This document shows positions 51,612 to 61,270 of a stretch of 64,000 nt of DNA, piece by piece. Source of the DNA: Geopsychrobacteraceae bacterium. Its GTDB lineage: Bacteria; Desulfobacterota; Desulfuromonadia; Desulfuromonadales; Geopsychrobacteraceae. The notes below the pieces were generated by a model. That model saw only the letters and a list, made by a program, of their open reading frames with translations, was not told the DNA's origin and ran no database searches. The stretch's first letter is position 1; each line of letters begins with the position of its first letter. The translations under genes and the position numbers were made by a program. The stretch spans positions 736,001 through 800,000 of the forward strand of contig CAXXTB010000002.1 of NCBI GenBank assembly GCA_963676795.2. Reading direction: 5' to 3'.

Positions 51612-52103
51612 ATGAAAAATATTCTTTCACCGTTGTCGATTCCCCGTATTGAAATGAGAGCCCTCGAAGCGGCTGCCATCGCACCAATTATTCAAGCGGT
51701 TGCCGAGCGGATCGGCAAGGCTGAGGCGCTTGCTCTGCTCCAGGAGATCAACGAAAAGGCCGCCTTTCGCCATGGTCTGCAGCTGGGGCAGCAGCTTGGT
51801 CAGGTCGGCGTTGCTGAACTGGTCAGCGAGGTCGCAAGCTGGTGTGAAGGGAACGATATGCAGATTGAAGTTCTCGAACAGAGCGAGACGACCTATCATT
51901 TCAATGTGACCCGTTGTCCTTACTTTGAAAAATACCGCGAAATGGGCCTGCTCGAATATGGTCAGGCTCTCTCCTGCTGCCGCGATGAAGCCTTTGGCCG
52001 TGGTTTTTCCGCAGACCTGAAGCTGGTGCGCACGCAGACTATTATGGAGGGGGCCGATTACTGTGACTTCCGTTACCGCTTCAGCTCCGTTTCTGATGAA
52101 TGA
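51612..52103 (+). CDS. L-2-amino-thiazoline-4-carboxylate hydrolase family protein
   Basis: FNVTRCPY, LSCCRD, RTQTIMEGADYCDFRY. Confidence 0.82.
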   Translation: MKNILSPLSIPRIEMRALEAAAIAPIIQAVAERIGKAEALALLQEINEKAAFRHGLQLGQQLGQVGVAELVSEVASWCEGNDMQIEVLEQSETTYHFNVTRCPYFEKYREMGLLEYGQALSCCRDEAFGRGFSADLKLVRTQTIMEGADYCDFRYRFSSVSDE

Positions 52104-52187
52104 TGGCGAACTGGAGAGGGGGGACTCACTCCTGTTACTGACGTTTGAAGAACAGACCTCGCTGAGACGCGAGCCTAGCCATTATGG

Positions 52188-53294
52188 CTAGCTTTGTGTA
52201 TCGTTAAGTCCCGAATCTGAAACGCTCTGCCATGAGATTTCATCAGCCAGAAGTGGGCGGGGTGTCAGTTGCAGGGGGAGTCGCAGAATGGAGGTTTCTT
52301 CGGGTGGCGCAAGCTCCCGGTAGAGTTCTTCACTGTGCCTGCTGTAGCTTCTCGACAGGTGCATCGGCAGGTAGTAGCTGGGCTTAAGCTCGGCCAGCAG
52401 CTGGTTGACATCCTCCGTACAGAGGTGGGACGAATTGCGGGCGCGTTCCTTGGCTTCGCCGAGGAAGGTGCACTCGCTGATCAGCAGATCAACGCCGGTC
52501 ATCAGTGCCATGATCTTTTTTCTGTTGTCCGGCGTAAAGCCGACATCGCTGATATAGCCGAGCGAGTGAGTCGTCTGTGGTTTCAGCAATGACCCGCTTA
52601 ATCCTTTCACATCATGAACGATGATATGTGTTCCATCCTGTCTGGGCACGCTTATCTGCTCCGGAAACTCCCTTTTTTTCAGATGACAGTTCTTCAATTC
52701 CGCCAGCCAGGGGCCGGGCAGGACCCCCAGCCTGTCGAACTGCTCCCGGTCGATTCTGAAATCTGGATTTTCATCGATGCGAAAGATCTGGCTTGGCACA
52801 CGGTGATCGCAGGCGGCGGAATGAACCTCGAGATAATCGTTGCGATAAATCGAACTGTCCGTCCGTTCCTCCGGCTCGAGCGCTTTTCGGATAAAACTGT
52901 CGGCACCGGAAAACAGAGCGCAACGGATATACTCAGGGTAGATCTCATGGACGCGGAAACTGCTCCAGTAGTCTTCCGCCAGGTTCCAGTCGTAACCGGA
53001 CAGCTTGTGCTCAAACTTATCGGCCAGTCCCGGACCGCCGAAGATATCCACGGTTTTTCCCGCGGCGATCAACTGGCGGACGACGGAATCGATGCCCATC
53101 CAGTGGTCCATATGGGCATGACTGATGAAGATCGCCTCGAGGTTGGTGAAGGTTCGTTTGGCCAGGTGGTGGACCTGTCCACAGTCGAACATCAGGTGGC
53201 GGCCGTTGGGGCGTGTCCGCAGCAGCAGGATCGGATCATCGATCAGGCCGGCGAAAAAGGTCGGGATCAGGTTGCGGTAAGGAAAATGGACCAT
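52188..53294 (-). CDS. RNase Z-like MBL-fold hydrolase
   Basis: FDCG, SHAHMDHWMG, ECTF, PMHLS. Confidence 0.85.
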   Translation of the reverse strand: MVHFPYRNLIPTFFAGLIDDPILLLRTRPNGRHLMFDCGQVHHLAKRTFTNLEAIFISHAHMDHWMGIDSVVRQLIAAGKTVDIFGGPGLADKFEHKLSGYDWNLAEDYWSSFRVHEIYPEYIRCALFSGADSFIRKALEPEERTDSSIYRNDYLEVHSAACDHRVPSQIFRIDENPDFRIDREQFDRLGVLPGPWLAELKNCHLKKREFPEQISVPRQDGTHIIVHDVKGLSGSLLKPQTTHSLGYISDVGFTPDNRKKIMALMTGVDLLISECTFLGEAKERARNSSHLCTEDVNQLLAELKPSYYLPMHLSRSYSRHSEELYRELAPPEETSILRLPLQLTPRPLLADEISWQSVSDSGLNDTQS

Positions 53295-53658
53295 CGATTT
53301 TGTTCTTTTCGGATAGGGGGACGGCCAATCTTGTTCTAGTGCCCGGTTATTTACAGGTTGTCGGACTCAAGTATTTTGCGAATTTCACTCACCACGAAGA
53401 GAACTCCGTCAATGTACCTCTGCCGGTTCGGATTGTCCATGACGGAGAAGCTCTTCATCGCCGGTTTTTTTCTTTCTGTCCCGTTTCTTTGTTAAGACAC
53501 TGGTTTTGCGAATCCCTTAGACTGGGGGTATGCTTGTATCTGGCAGGCATGCAGCGCAGGCCGGTTCTGATTCGACGGTTAATCACTTATTCATGTGGCT
53601 GTGCTGGGGGCCGTTTTTCTGCAGATTGAAACAGGGCCGCTTCCACGGAGATGCAACC

Positions 53659-54708
53659 ATGAAGAAACTGATTTCAACGGTTTTCTCTTGCGCACTGGCG
53701 TTATTGGTCTTTGCCTGCCATAGCGAGAACGGAGGCGACAGCGCCCGCTTTCCGTTACGGCAAACAAATTTGTCCGCTGCTGAGTCTGGCTCCGTAGAGA
53801 ATCCCATTATCCTGAATTTGGGCTATGGCAGTTCCAAAACCAACCCTCGTCATATTGTTGCATCCGCGTTTGCCGACTGGGTTCATGAAGAAACCGCCGG
53901 CCGGGTGACAATCAAGCTTTTTCCTGCCGAAATTCTCGGCACTGATACCCAGATGACTGAACTGCTTTCGATCGGCAATCTGGATATGTGTATTACCGCT
54001 CACGGGGCACTGGCCACATATGAGCCAAAACTGGCGGTTCTGGAGCTGCCCTTTCTTTTTGATTCTCCTGAAAAGGCCAGCCACTTGCTCGACGGTCCGA
54101 TCGGGCAGGAGCTGGCTGCAAACCTCCCGTCCCGGGAGATTCGGTTGCTGGCTTACTGGGAAAACGGTCTGAGGCAGATCACGAATAACCTTCACGCGGT
54201 CAATTCGCCCGCAGATCTTCAGGGGCTGAAGATCAGGGTGCCCGAAAATATCATGAGCCTTGATATCTTCAGGGCTTTGGGGACACGCCCTGTGCCGCTG
54301 GCTTTCCCCCAGTTATATCCGTCTTTGTCTCAGCATATTGTTGATGGCCAGGAGAACCCTCTGGCCAATATTTACGCGGCCAGATTTTACGAGGTTCAAA
54401 AGTATCTGGCGCTGACCAACCATAAATATGAGAGTTGCCCCCTGATTATCAACGAGCAGCGGTGGCAGAGCCTCGATGCCGAAGTCCAAGCTGTTTTGGC
54501 CGATGGCGCTGTGAAATTCGCCAGGCAGCACAGAGCTCTGGTTCGAGAAGAAGAGGCCGAAATTCTTTCCGAACTCGAGGCCAGGGGAATGGAAATCTCC
54601 AGACCCGATCTGGCTCCCTTTGTCAAAGTCAGTGGTGTTGTTTACGAGAAATATGAAAAGGTTTTCGGCAAAGATCTGATCGACAGAATTCGTGCCGCAG
54701 TGCAATAG
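53659..54708 (+). CDS. TRAP transporter substrate-binding protein (DctP family)
   Basis: LPFLF, ENGLRQ, GLKIRV, VDGQEN; lipobox-like VFAC. Confidence 0.92.
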   Translation: MKKLISTVFSCALALLVFACHSENGGDSARFPLRQTNLSAAESGSVENPIILNLGYGSSKTNPRHIVASAFADWVHEETAGRVTIKLFPAEILGTDTQMTELLSIGNLDMCITAHGALATYEPKLAVLELPFLFDSPEKASHLLDGPIGQELAANLPSREIRLLAYWENGLRQITNNLHAVNSPADLQGLKIRVPENIMSLDIFRALGTRPVPLAFPQLYPSLSQHIVDGQENPLANIYAARFYEVQKYLALTNHKYESCPLIINEQRWQSLDAEVQAVLADGAVKFARQHRALVREEEAEILSELEARGMEISRPDLAPFVKVSGVVYEKYEKVFGKDLIDRIRAAVQ

Positions 54709-54780
54709 CGGGTCCAAGGCTCGGGCAGTTGTTCTGCCCTCTTCCGATTTTTGCTTTAATCACTTAGGAGATGATAGTTG

Positions 54781-55308
54781 ATGTTGTTCCGATCTCTTCT
54801 CAACGTGATTCTTATCTGTGCGATGCTGGCTGTTTACGCGGAAGCGAAGCCGGTGGACAAGGATAAAAAAATATCATTTCATGTCGGATCTTATACGCAG
54901 CATTTAGGTGCCAATGGTGATCATGTTGAAGGCTTTGACAATAATCTGTTCAGTATTGAATATCCAATCAATGAATATGCACCATTTTTTGATAATTTCG
55001 TCATTGGTACGCTTGAAAACAGCATCGGCGATAGATGCTTTATGATGGGGGCACAAAAAACTTATTTTGATCTTTATGACGGGCTTTCATTTGAGGGCTA
55101 CTACATTTATTGCGGAGAGTTCTTCTTCGGTGTTTTTGCCGAGTGTGGTGATGATGGAGTTTACCAAACGATAAAGGAGCAAACAGGTTTGGGGTTTGCT
55201 CCTTTCATTTATCACGGTCTGCAGTTTGATATGACCAGCTATATCAGCCTGGATGTGGGTTTGATGTTGCCATCGATCATGTTTGTGAGTCTGCAATATA
55301 ATTTTTGA
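54781..55308 (+). CDS. Exported protein, possible small outer-membrane beta-barrel
   Basis: Signal peptide; C-terminal VSLQYNF. Confidence 0.65.
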   Translation: MLFRSLLNVILICAMLAVYAEAKPVDKDKKISFHVGSYTQHLGANGDHVEGFDNNLFSIEYPINEYAPFFDNFVIGTLENSIGDRCFMMGAQKTYFDLYDGLSFEGYYIYCGEFFFGVFAECGDDGVYQTIKEQTGLGFAPFIYHGLQFDMTSYISLDVGLMLPSIMFVSLQYNF

Positions 55309-55448
55309 AGGGGCCGTTTCGAGTCGCTTCTCAATGTACGAATATGGATATTTCCACTTCGTGTCGATCTTTCGACATTGGGGGTGGGGGAAGTCCTTTT
55401 TGCGGATATAAGAAAGCGGGGCCGTTCTGACCCCGCCTGAATCGGTAG

Positions 55449-56309
55449 CTATTCTACTTTTGCTTTGCAGCGTTGTGCTATTTTACGTTTACCTCCGTAC
55501 CAGGCTAAACCTGCCAGACCAATACCGAGCAGCAGGAGGGTGGCCGGTTCCGGAACCGGAGCGGGGCCTTCCTGTTGTCCTCTATAAGTTGAACTGCTTG
55601 ACACTGAGGCATGAAGGTGAGTTTCAAACCAGTACCGGTCGTATTCTGATCCCTCGGCCCAGATCGCTCCACTGGCGAGCTCTTCAATTGTCAGGGTCAG
55701 AGTCCCGTCGTATGTGAAGTCTGCGGCCAGTTCGTTCAGGGTGAAATTCAGGCTATAGGGATCGTTGACCTGCATAAGACGATTTGAACCGGGATATCCT
55801 TCGGTGAGCCAAAAACTGATTTGTGTGTAGATACTTGCATTCTCGTCTGCGGCACTTTCTCTGTCCAGGCTCATCTCCAGCTGGTAATCAACTGAAAATG
55901 TATAGCTTCCTCCTGCTAATAGTCCCAGATAAACCCCTCTGTGGTTGTTGCCATTAATCCACCCACTGTAATCAGCAGAACCACTGGAAGAAGATACCAG
56001 TGATGTTGATGAGCTTGTCATTGTCGCAGTATTGTCGCCCACGGCAAAGGAGAGGTTATCGCTGACCCATGCTGATTGGTCATGGAAATAGTCGCTATTG
56101 GTAGAGTCTGGTCCATTTATCCAGCCTTCAGAGTTGAGGCCGTTATAAAGATAAGAGTTGGTCTCGTACGCATCACCACTAATGTTCAATGTCGACCAGT
56201 CAACGGAGATTGTACATTCGGCTATTGCGCTTGCATTTGCGCTATTTGCGAGAATGAAGAGTGAGAATAGAAGTAATAGTGAAAAACAGGTCGTCTTTTT
56301 AGCTCTCAT
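55449..56309 (-). CDS. PEP-CTERM sorting-domain protein
   Basis: Signal peptide; PVPEPATLLLLGIGLAGLAWYGGKRK. Confidence 0.92.
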   Translation of the reverse strand: MRAKKTTCFSLLLLFSLFILANSANASAIAECTISVDWSTLNISGDAYETNSYLYNGLNSEGWINGPDSTNSDYFHDQSAWVSDNLSFAVGDNTATMTSSSTSLVSSSSGSADYSGWINGNNHRGVYLGLLAGGSYTFSVDYQLEMSLDRESAADENASIYTQISFWLTEGYPGSNRLMQVNDPYSLNFTLNELAADFTYDGTLTLTIEELASGAIWAEGSEYDRYWFETHLHASVSSSSTYRGQQEGPAPVPEPATLLLLGIGLAGLAWYGGKRKIAQRCKAKVE

Positions 56310-56416
56310 TGCACATGCCTCCTTTCAGGTTTGTCCCTCCAGGTGTGGCAGGCGTAAATACCAGGCAGAATGGCATATGGGCGAGCAGGAAATCTGCTGC
56401 TACATAGTGTTACCAA

Positions 56417-56565
56417 TGCAACGAAAATGCCGTATATGAAAACCTGTGATGTTTGTATATGTTGCTGATTTGTAATGAGAATAATGATTTTTGATGTTAA
56501 GGCTGCCGACAGAAGTACTCCTGAAATCGGCCCTGATAAATGGGGGGTGTCGGTAAATTTTACAG
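56417..56565 (-). promoter_or_regulatory. sigma54 promoter plus upstream activator box
   Basis: CGGCATTTTCGTTGCA (56417-56432); CTGTAAAATTTACCGACA (56548-56565). Confidence 0.75.
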
Positions 56566-56652
56566 GGAGCAGGGACCGATGGCGATCTTGCTCAAGTTTT
56601 CTTCGTATCAACAGTGAAGGCACCTGCCACTGGCAAGCGCCTTCATTGAAAC

Positions 56653-56668
56653 TTGGTCGGAGCGAGAG
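56653..56668 (-). other. 16-bp copy of the tRNA-Pro 3' end (att-like)
   Basis: ttggtcggagcgagag identical to 60163-60178. Confidence 0.65.
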
Positions 56669-56694
56669 TCTTGCCATCCAGGGGGACTTACTGT

Positions 56695-57390
56695 TCAGCT
56701 GATATAACGCATCAGATAGACCTCGACGAGTGTCGCCATCTCTTCAATGCTGGTGCGTGAATTATTTGCAACCAGATGAAAAAGCCTTGAATTGTCAATG
56801 TCCTCTCCGGTAAATCTGCGCACAAAATCTTCTCTTTGCTTCTGGTGCAGATCCGTATATTTCCGCGCTTCTTTTTCTTCAAGATCGTGACTGGCCATGA
56901 TCTTCCTGAGCCGAAACTGGTAAGGAGCAACCAGTCGCACATGGATACAGTTTGACAAATCCTGGGTCACGCAGACTCCCCCGCGTCCGACGATGACGCA
57001 ATTGCCATGCGTGGCAAATGTGCGTATAGCCGATTTCATATGGGAAAAAACTTCCGTTTCTTCCGCTCTGCTGCTGTCGAGAAACATTGAAAAGAGTGAT
57101 TTGAGCGATGCCGGTGTGTCCTGTGACCTTTCAATCTGCTCGACAGAATAACCGGACAGTTCGGACACCTTTTCAAGCAATTGGCGACCAATGACAATCC
57201 ACGGATTTCCTGTGGCGCGAGCATTGAGCCTGCGGATCAGTTCTTCGGCTAAAGGGTAGGCCTGGCAGCCAAATTCCCGGCTGATGGTAATGCAGGGCGC
57301 AGGTTTCTCCTTTTCTGCCTGCATCTGTTTCTGATGCCAGGCATGTAGCTTCGCCTCAAGCTGAGGGTTCCAGAAATTCGTTGATGGCAT
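56695..57390 (-). CDS. Cytidylate kinase-like family protein
   Basis: ITISREFGC, VIVGRGG, HVRLVAP; AAGGAG RBS. Confidence 0.85.
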   Translation of the reverse strand: MPSTNFWNPQLEAKLHAWHQKQMQAEKEKPAPCITISREFGCQAYPLAEELIRRLNARATGNPWIVIGRQLLEKVSELSGYSVEQIERSQDTPASLKSLFSMFLDSSRAEETEVFSHMKSAIRTFATHGNCVIVGRGGVCVTQDLSNCIHVRLVAPYQFRLRKIMASHDLEEKEARKYTDLHQKQREDFVRRFTGEDIDNSRLFHLVANNSRTSIEEMATLVEVYLMRYIS

Positions 57391-57515
57391 AACGAGTCTC
57401 CTTTCCGGTTGCTGAACTATGACCACATTTCTTCAAAGTATAGCGGAATTTAGCGGTTCGGCAGAATTGCCTTTAGCGTTTACGGGAATTCTCAGCTGGC
57501 AAGTTATGGGGGCTG

Positions 57516-57680
57516 AGGGTGCAACAATCTTTGTGTAAATGGTCTTAGTCGGTTACAACCCGTAACTACTGCAGGAACCACTGATGACAATACCGGACAA
57601 CCTGCTCGATGCCCTGATGAAGGAGTATAAAAATCCTGAAGATCTCATGAAAAAAACGGGTTACTTGAGCAGCTGGCCGT
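57516..57680 (+). mobile_element. IS256-family left end and frameshifted transposase fragment
   Basis: IR-like ...aatcttgtgtaaat; ATG 57584 gives LLDALMKEYKNPEDL, then frameshift to NGLLEQL. Confidence 0.65.
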
Positions 57681-57969
57681 ATCGTCTGTATTTGCCCCGG
57701 AATGAATCTTGTAGGGGCCGCACCTTTCGTGACTGAAGATGAGTCTCTTGCTGATGAGTTGAGGGATGCTTCCTGGTGCTGAGGCCGTCCGGATTCTTGC
57801 CGGAAAGGGAAAACCGCCGGAAAATATCAGACGGTTATTTCCAAATGTGCCTATTGAGTGAAATTAGCCAGAATAGTGATAATCTTTTCAAGATTACAGG
57901 GGCAGATACGTCAATCTGTCCGTATCTGTCTTCAAAATTTCATCATCCTTGATTCGATGGAGGAAAACG

Positions 57970-58350
57970 ATGCCTACGAGACTCGAAGTTTTCAAGTGTA
58001 TCCGCTGTGGAATTATTATCGAAGTTATGCATAGCGGGTCTGGCCAACTGGATTGCTGTGGCCTGAACATGCAATTGATGTCCGAGAATACTGTCGATGC
58101 GGCTACCGAGAAGCACGTTCCTGTTATTGAGTATGGTGACGGAATTATCACTGTTAAGGTCGGCAGTGTAGCTCATCCAATGGAAGACACGCATTATATC
58201 GAGTGGATCGAGTTGATTGCTGATGGCGAGCTTTATCGTAAATACCTGAAGCCGGGCGCAGCACCTGAGGCAACCTTTAACCTGACTGCAACCAACGTCA
58301 CCGCACGTGAGTATTGCAACCTGCACGGACACTGGGAGGCGCAATCCTGA
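57970..58350 (+). CDS. dfx: Desulfoferrodoxin (superoxide reductase)
   Basis: CIRCG, CCG, EKHVP, HPME..HYIEWI, CNLHG. Confidence 0.96.
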   Translation: MPTRLEVFKCIRCGIIIEVMHSGSGQLDCCGLNMQLMSENTVDAATEKHVPVIEYGDGIITVKVGSVAHPMEDTHYIEWIELIADGELYRKYLKPGAAPEATFNLTATNVTAREYCNLHGHWEAQS

Positions 58351-58419
58351 CAGTGTTAGTTGTGATAAGTGGAAAGGGGCTGCTCAGTTGGCCCCTTTAT
58401 TCTTAGACCAGCCCCTAAG

Positions 58420-58635
58420 ACCTCAGCCGTTACCTGTCTCAAGGACAACCCGCAGATGGGCATGGGCGACATCCTGAAGCAATTGCCCGTACTGGACAGA
58501 TTGCTTGTCCAGCAGGGTGTTCGTTGAGGAAAGAAACTCGTCAAGCAATTGAGCAATGGTGATGTAGCTGTCCGTCTTGATCTCGTGCCTGCTCAGCTCA
58601 ACCTCAGCCTCCCTGTTGCCCTTGCTTTCGACCTC
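58420..58635 (-). repeat. Direct repeat of 59660-59875, integrase-like remnant
   Basis: Both encode QLLDEFLSSTNTLLDKQSVQYGQLLQxVAHAHL. Confidence 0.8.
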
Positions 58636-58745
58636 TGCTGATGGTTCTTTTCCTGTGCGTAGGTGATATATACAGAAGAAAAGCGGAGCCATTGCTGACT
58701 CCGCCTGAATGAATGTGTCGGAATGCTTTACGGTTTCGTGACGTG

Positions 58746-59411
58746 TTATGCTTTTTTGCGTTTGCGAGCGTAGAAACCCAGACCAGCTAAACCGCAACCA
58801 AGGAGTAGTAAGGTTGACGGTTCTGGAACTGGAGCAGGTCCAACATCAACGCGGACATAAACAGTAGATGGTGATGATCCAAAATTTGCATCTGTCCAGA
58901 TCCATTCAGCGTTGTCGGAAATACCGGAAATTGGGCCACCACTGTTGTTATACCAAATAGTAGAGCTATTGTTTGCCCCATAAGTAGTCGCATTAACCCA
59001 GTTAGTCATATCGGTCGATACTAACCAGTCTGTAGAGGAAAGAAAGCTGCCTTGAGAAAATGATATTGGGTCCGTTCCTGCTGATGCATAGTTGTCAACC
59101 ATCTCTGCTAAAAAGCCACCTGGATTTCCAGAGGAAGGAGTGCCAACGTTGTCAATTTCCCAGATCAAAGAGAAATATTCGTAGCTTGATATTTGCCATG
59201 CACTGCTCGATGCTGTTCGCCAGTCATTCCAATTTGAAGTGTCTAGCGAAGGATATGACCCAAGGTCAACGGTGCTTCCGCCACTTTCGAACAGCCACAT
59301 ATTGGTGACGTTGTCAGCAGTAAAGGTGATGGTATAATTTGCGGCTAATGAAAACGCGCTTATGGGGATGAGGCACAACATTAATACTAACAAGATAATA
59401 AATCTTTTCAT
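58746..59411 (-). CDS. PEP-CTERM sorting-domain protein
   Basis: Signal peptide; PVPEPSTLLLLGCGLAGLGFYARKRKK; AAGGAG RBS. Confidence 0.93.
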   Translation of the reverse strand: MKRFIILLVLMLCLIPISAFSLAANYTITFTADNVTNMWLFESGGSTVDLGSYPSLDTSNWNDWRTASSSAWQISSYEYFSLIWEIDNVGTPSSGNPGGFLAEMVDNYASAGTDPISFSQGSFLSSTDWLVSTDMTNWVNATTYGANNSSTIWYNNSGGPISGISDNAEWIWTDANFGSSPSTVYVRVDVGPAPVPEPSTLLLLGCGLAGLGFYARKRKKA

Positions 59412-59449
59412 GGTGGCAGGTCTCCTTTCTTGAGGTTTTTTAGTTATAA

Positions 59450-59587
59450 AGCAATATTTACACCAGGAGAGTAAGTCTCTGATATGTTGTGGTTATATTG
59501 ATGGTGCGTATCGCCGTGTAAGGCTTTGTAGCATTGTGTATCTTTGACTCTGGGCAAAAAGCGGTAATTTGTCGGTAAGTTTTACAG
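59450..59587 (-). promoter_or_regulatory. sigma54 promoter plus upstream activator box
   Basis: TGGTGTAAATATTGCT (59450-59465); CTGTAAAACTTACCGACA (59570-59587). Confidence 0.75.
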
Positions 59588-59659
59588 TTGGACGATATTT
59601 ACAGCATATGGCCAGTTCGTGGACCCCTGCCCGGAACTAATCTCCGAGCCCAGAACCAA

Positions 59660-60125
59660 TTCCTCAGCCGTTGTCCACCTCATAAACGATCTGCAGATGA
59701 GCATGGGCGACACCCTGAAGCAATTGACCGTACTGGACAGATTGCTTGTCCAGCAGGGTGTTCGTTGAGGAAAGAAACTCGTCAAGCAACTGGGAAACGG
59801 TGATGTAGCTACCGGTCTCAATCTCGTGGCTGATCAGTTCAAACTCAGCCTGCCTGTTAACGCCTTCGACTTTCAGGTCATCACTCCTCTGCTGATGTTT
59901 CAAAGTATAGGCAATGTAGTCATTAATGAGTTTTTTGATGTGGGTCTTGCTAAGCATGCTCGTCCTATTGATTGTCATGAAGCTTTGGGTCCCTGTCCGG
60001 ATGCATCCCGGAACAAATCATTGGGTCCGGAACCCTGTCGTGGCTGAAGACGAGTCTCTTGCGGATGTTGTGAGGGAAGACTCTCGGTGCTAATTCCGTC
60101 CGGATTTTTACCAGAAAGGTAAAAA
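59660..60125 (-). pseudogene. Degraded integrase-like gene beside the att site
   Basis: Broken frames; parts duplicated at 58420-58635 and 57705-57820; integrase identity is inference from position. Confidence 0.45.
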
Positions 60126-60160
60126 AAAACGCCGACCAAATGGCCAGCGTTATTTTTTTT
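60121..60160 (-). terminator. Terminator just 3' of the tRNA fragment
   Basis: Minus strand aacgctggcc...ggtcggcgtt + T run. Confidence 0.7.
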
Positions 60161-60163
60161 AAT

Positions 60164-60208
60164 TGGTCGGAGCGAGAGGATTCGAACCTCCGACATCCTG
60201 CTCCCAAA
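60164..60208 (-). tRNA. 3' half only of tRNA-Pro(TGG); att-site duplication
   Basis: TTTGGGAGCAGGATGTCGGAGGTTCGAATCCTCTCGCTCCGACCA; no 5' half upstream. Confidence 0.85.
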
Positions 60209-60876
60209 TTCTTTGCACTGGCTAATCTCTGGTTTTCTGTCTGTTTTAAAATTCCAAATTGGGAAGTCGTGAATAGCACTCTTGATGAAAAAAATAAAGA
60301 GAATATTTGGGCGATTTTATTGGTAGTCGAATGGGCATTTGGAGACAAAAAATATATCATTCCATGGGGTTGCGGTTAATGCTGGTTGTCTTTCTCAACG
60401 ACTTTCTTTTCTCAAACGAGAACTGCAATTATGCATCTGTTGGCTGTGGAAATGAGCTTGTCCTTCCATTAACCGTTTCGTCTTTTGATAGCCCAATTGG
60501 TGGAAGGCGAGTCAGTTGCGACCGTACTTTGACCGTAGAAATCGGAGATGAAGTTTTACGAGTTCAGTCCGTTTCGTCGCACTCAAACTGCTTGTGGTCG
60601 AGTCGTTGCGGATCAGAAGGGGGAGGGGGGGGGGCTGAGCGCGGCCCACTCCCTTGCCTTCGGGTGAGAACAAAAAAAGAGGGGGGGATTGTGCTTCCGC
60701 CCCCATTTAGCCTCACTTATGAGAATGATTGATTGACGAAATCTTTAGCTTCATGACGGGAGGGCATAAAGCTACCTGGGTTTATTGGAGATCTGAAGTA
60801 TCTCGCTATTCATAAAGATCCGGATACTGCTCTCAATAAGGCTAGGGAAATAATTTTGACCTTATACAATAAAAAA

Positions 60877-61191
60877 ATGTCTCACCTAAAAGAAATTGAT
60901 GTGGAGCGAACGATAAAGGCGCTGTCAGCCGCAAGTCACAGCCCCTTAATTGAAGGGTATGATCTTAGCGGGGCAAAAGGGGTCCTCGTTAATGTCACTG
61001 GCTCGCCAGATATGACGATGGATGAATTTCATGAAATTATCGATCATATCCACAAAAAAGTTGCTGATGACGCCCTTGTCATTTCCGGTCTTGTTGTTGA
61101 TGAAAACATAGGTGATTCGCTAAAAGTTACCATTGTTGCTTCGGGTTTAGCTCCTGCTGTTGCAGCCGTCCGTAATTTGAAAATCATGTAA
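60877..61191 (+). CDS. Stand-alone FtsZ C-terminal (sandwich) domain or ftsZ fragment
   Basis: SPLIEGYDLSGAKGVLVNVTG..DMTMDE..VISGLVVDE..KVTIVASG; no GGGTGTG GTPase domain. Confidence 0.75.
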   Translation: MSHLKEIDVERTIKALSAASHSPLIEGYDLSGAKGVLVNVTGSPDMTMDEFHEIIDHIHKKVADDALVISGLVVDENIGDSLKVTIVASGLAPAVAAVRNLKIM

Positions 61192-61270
61192 ATAGTAGAT
61201 TGTATCTGACAATTTTCATATTAAGACGTATCTGGTATATCAAGTTCGAATTGCTTTTTCTATGCGTCAT

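Noticed and set aside
58423..58797. Functional 124-aa gene
   Set aside because: Overlaps the PEP-CTERM gene end and is a chimeric read into the duplicated remnant
60164..60240. Complete tRNA-Pro gene
   Set aside because: Sequence 5' of the anticodon loop cannot form the D arm or acceptor stem
60615..60705. G-rich tract as oriT or G-quadruplex
   Set aside because: No recognisable nic site or relaxase in the window; cannot be supported
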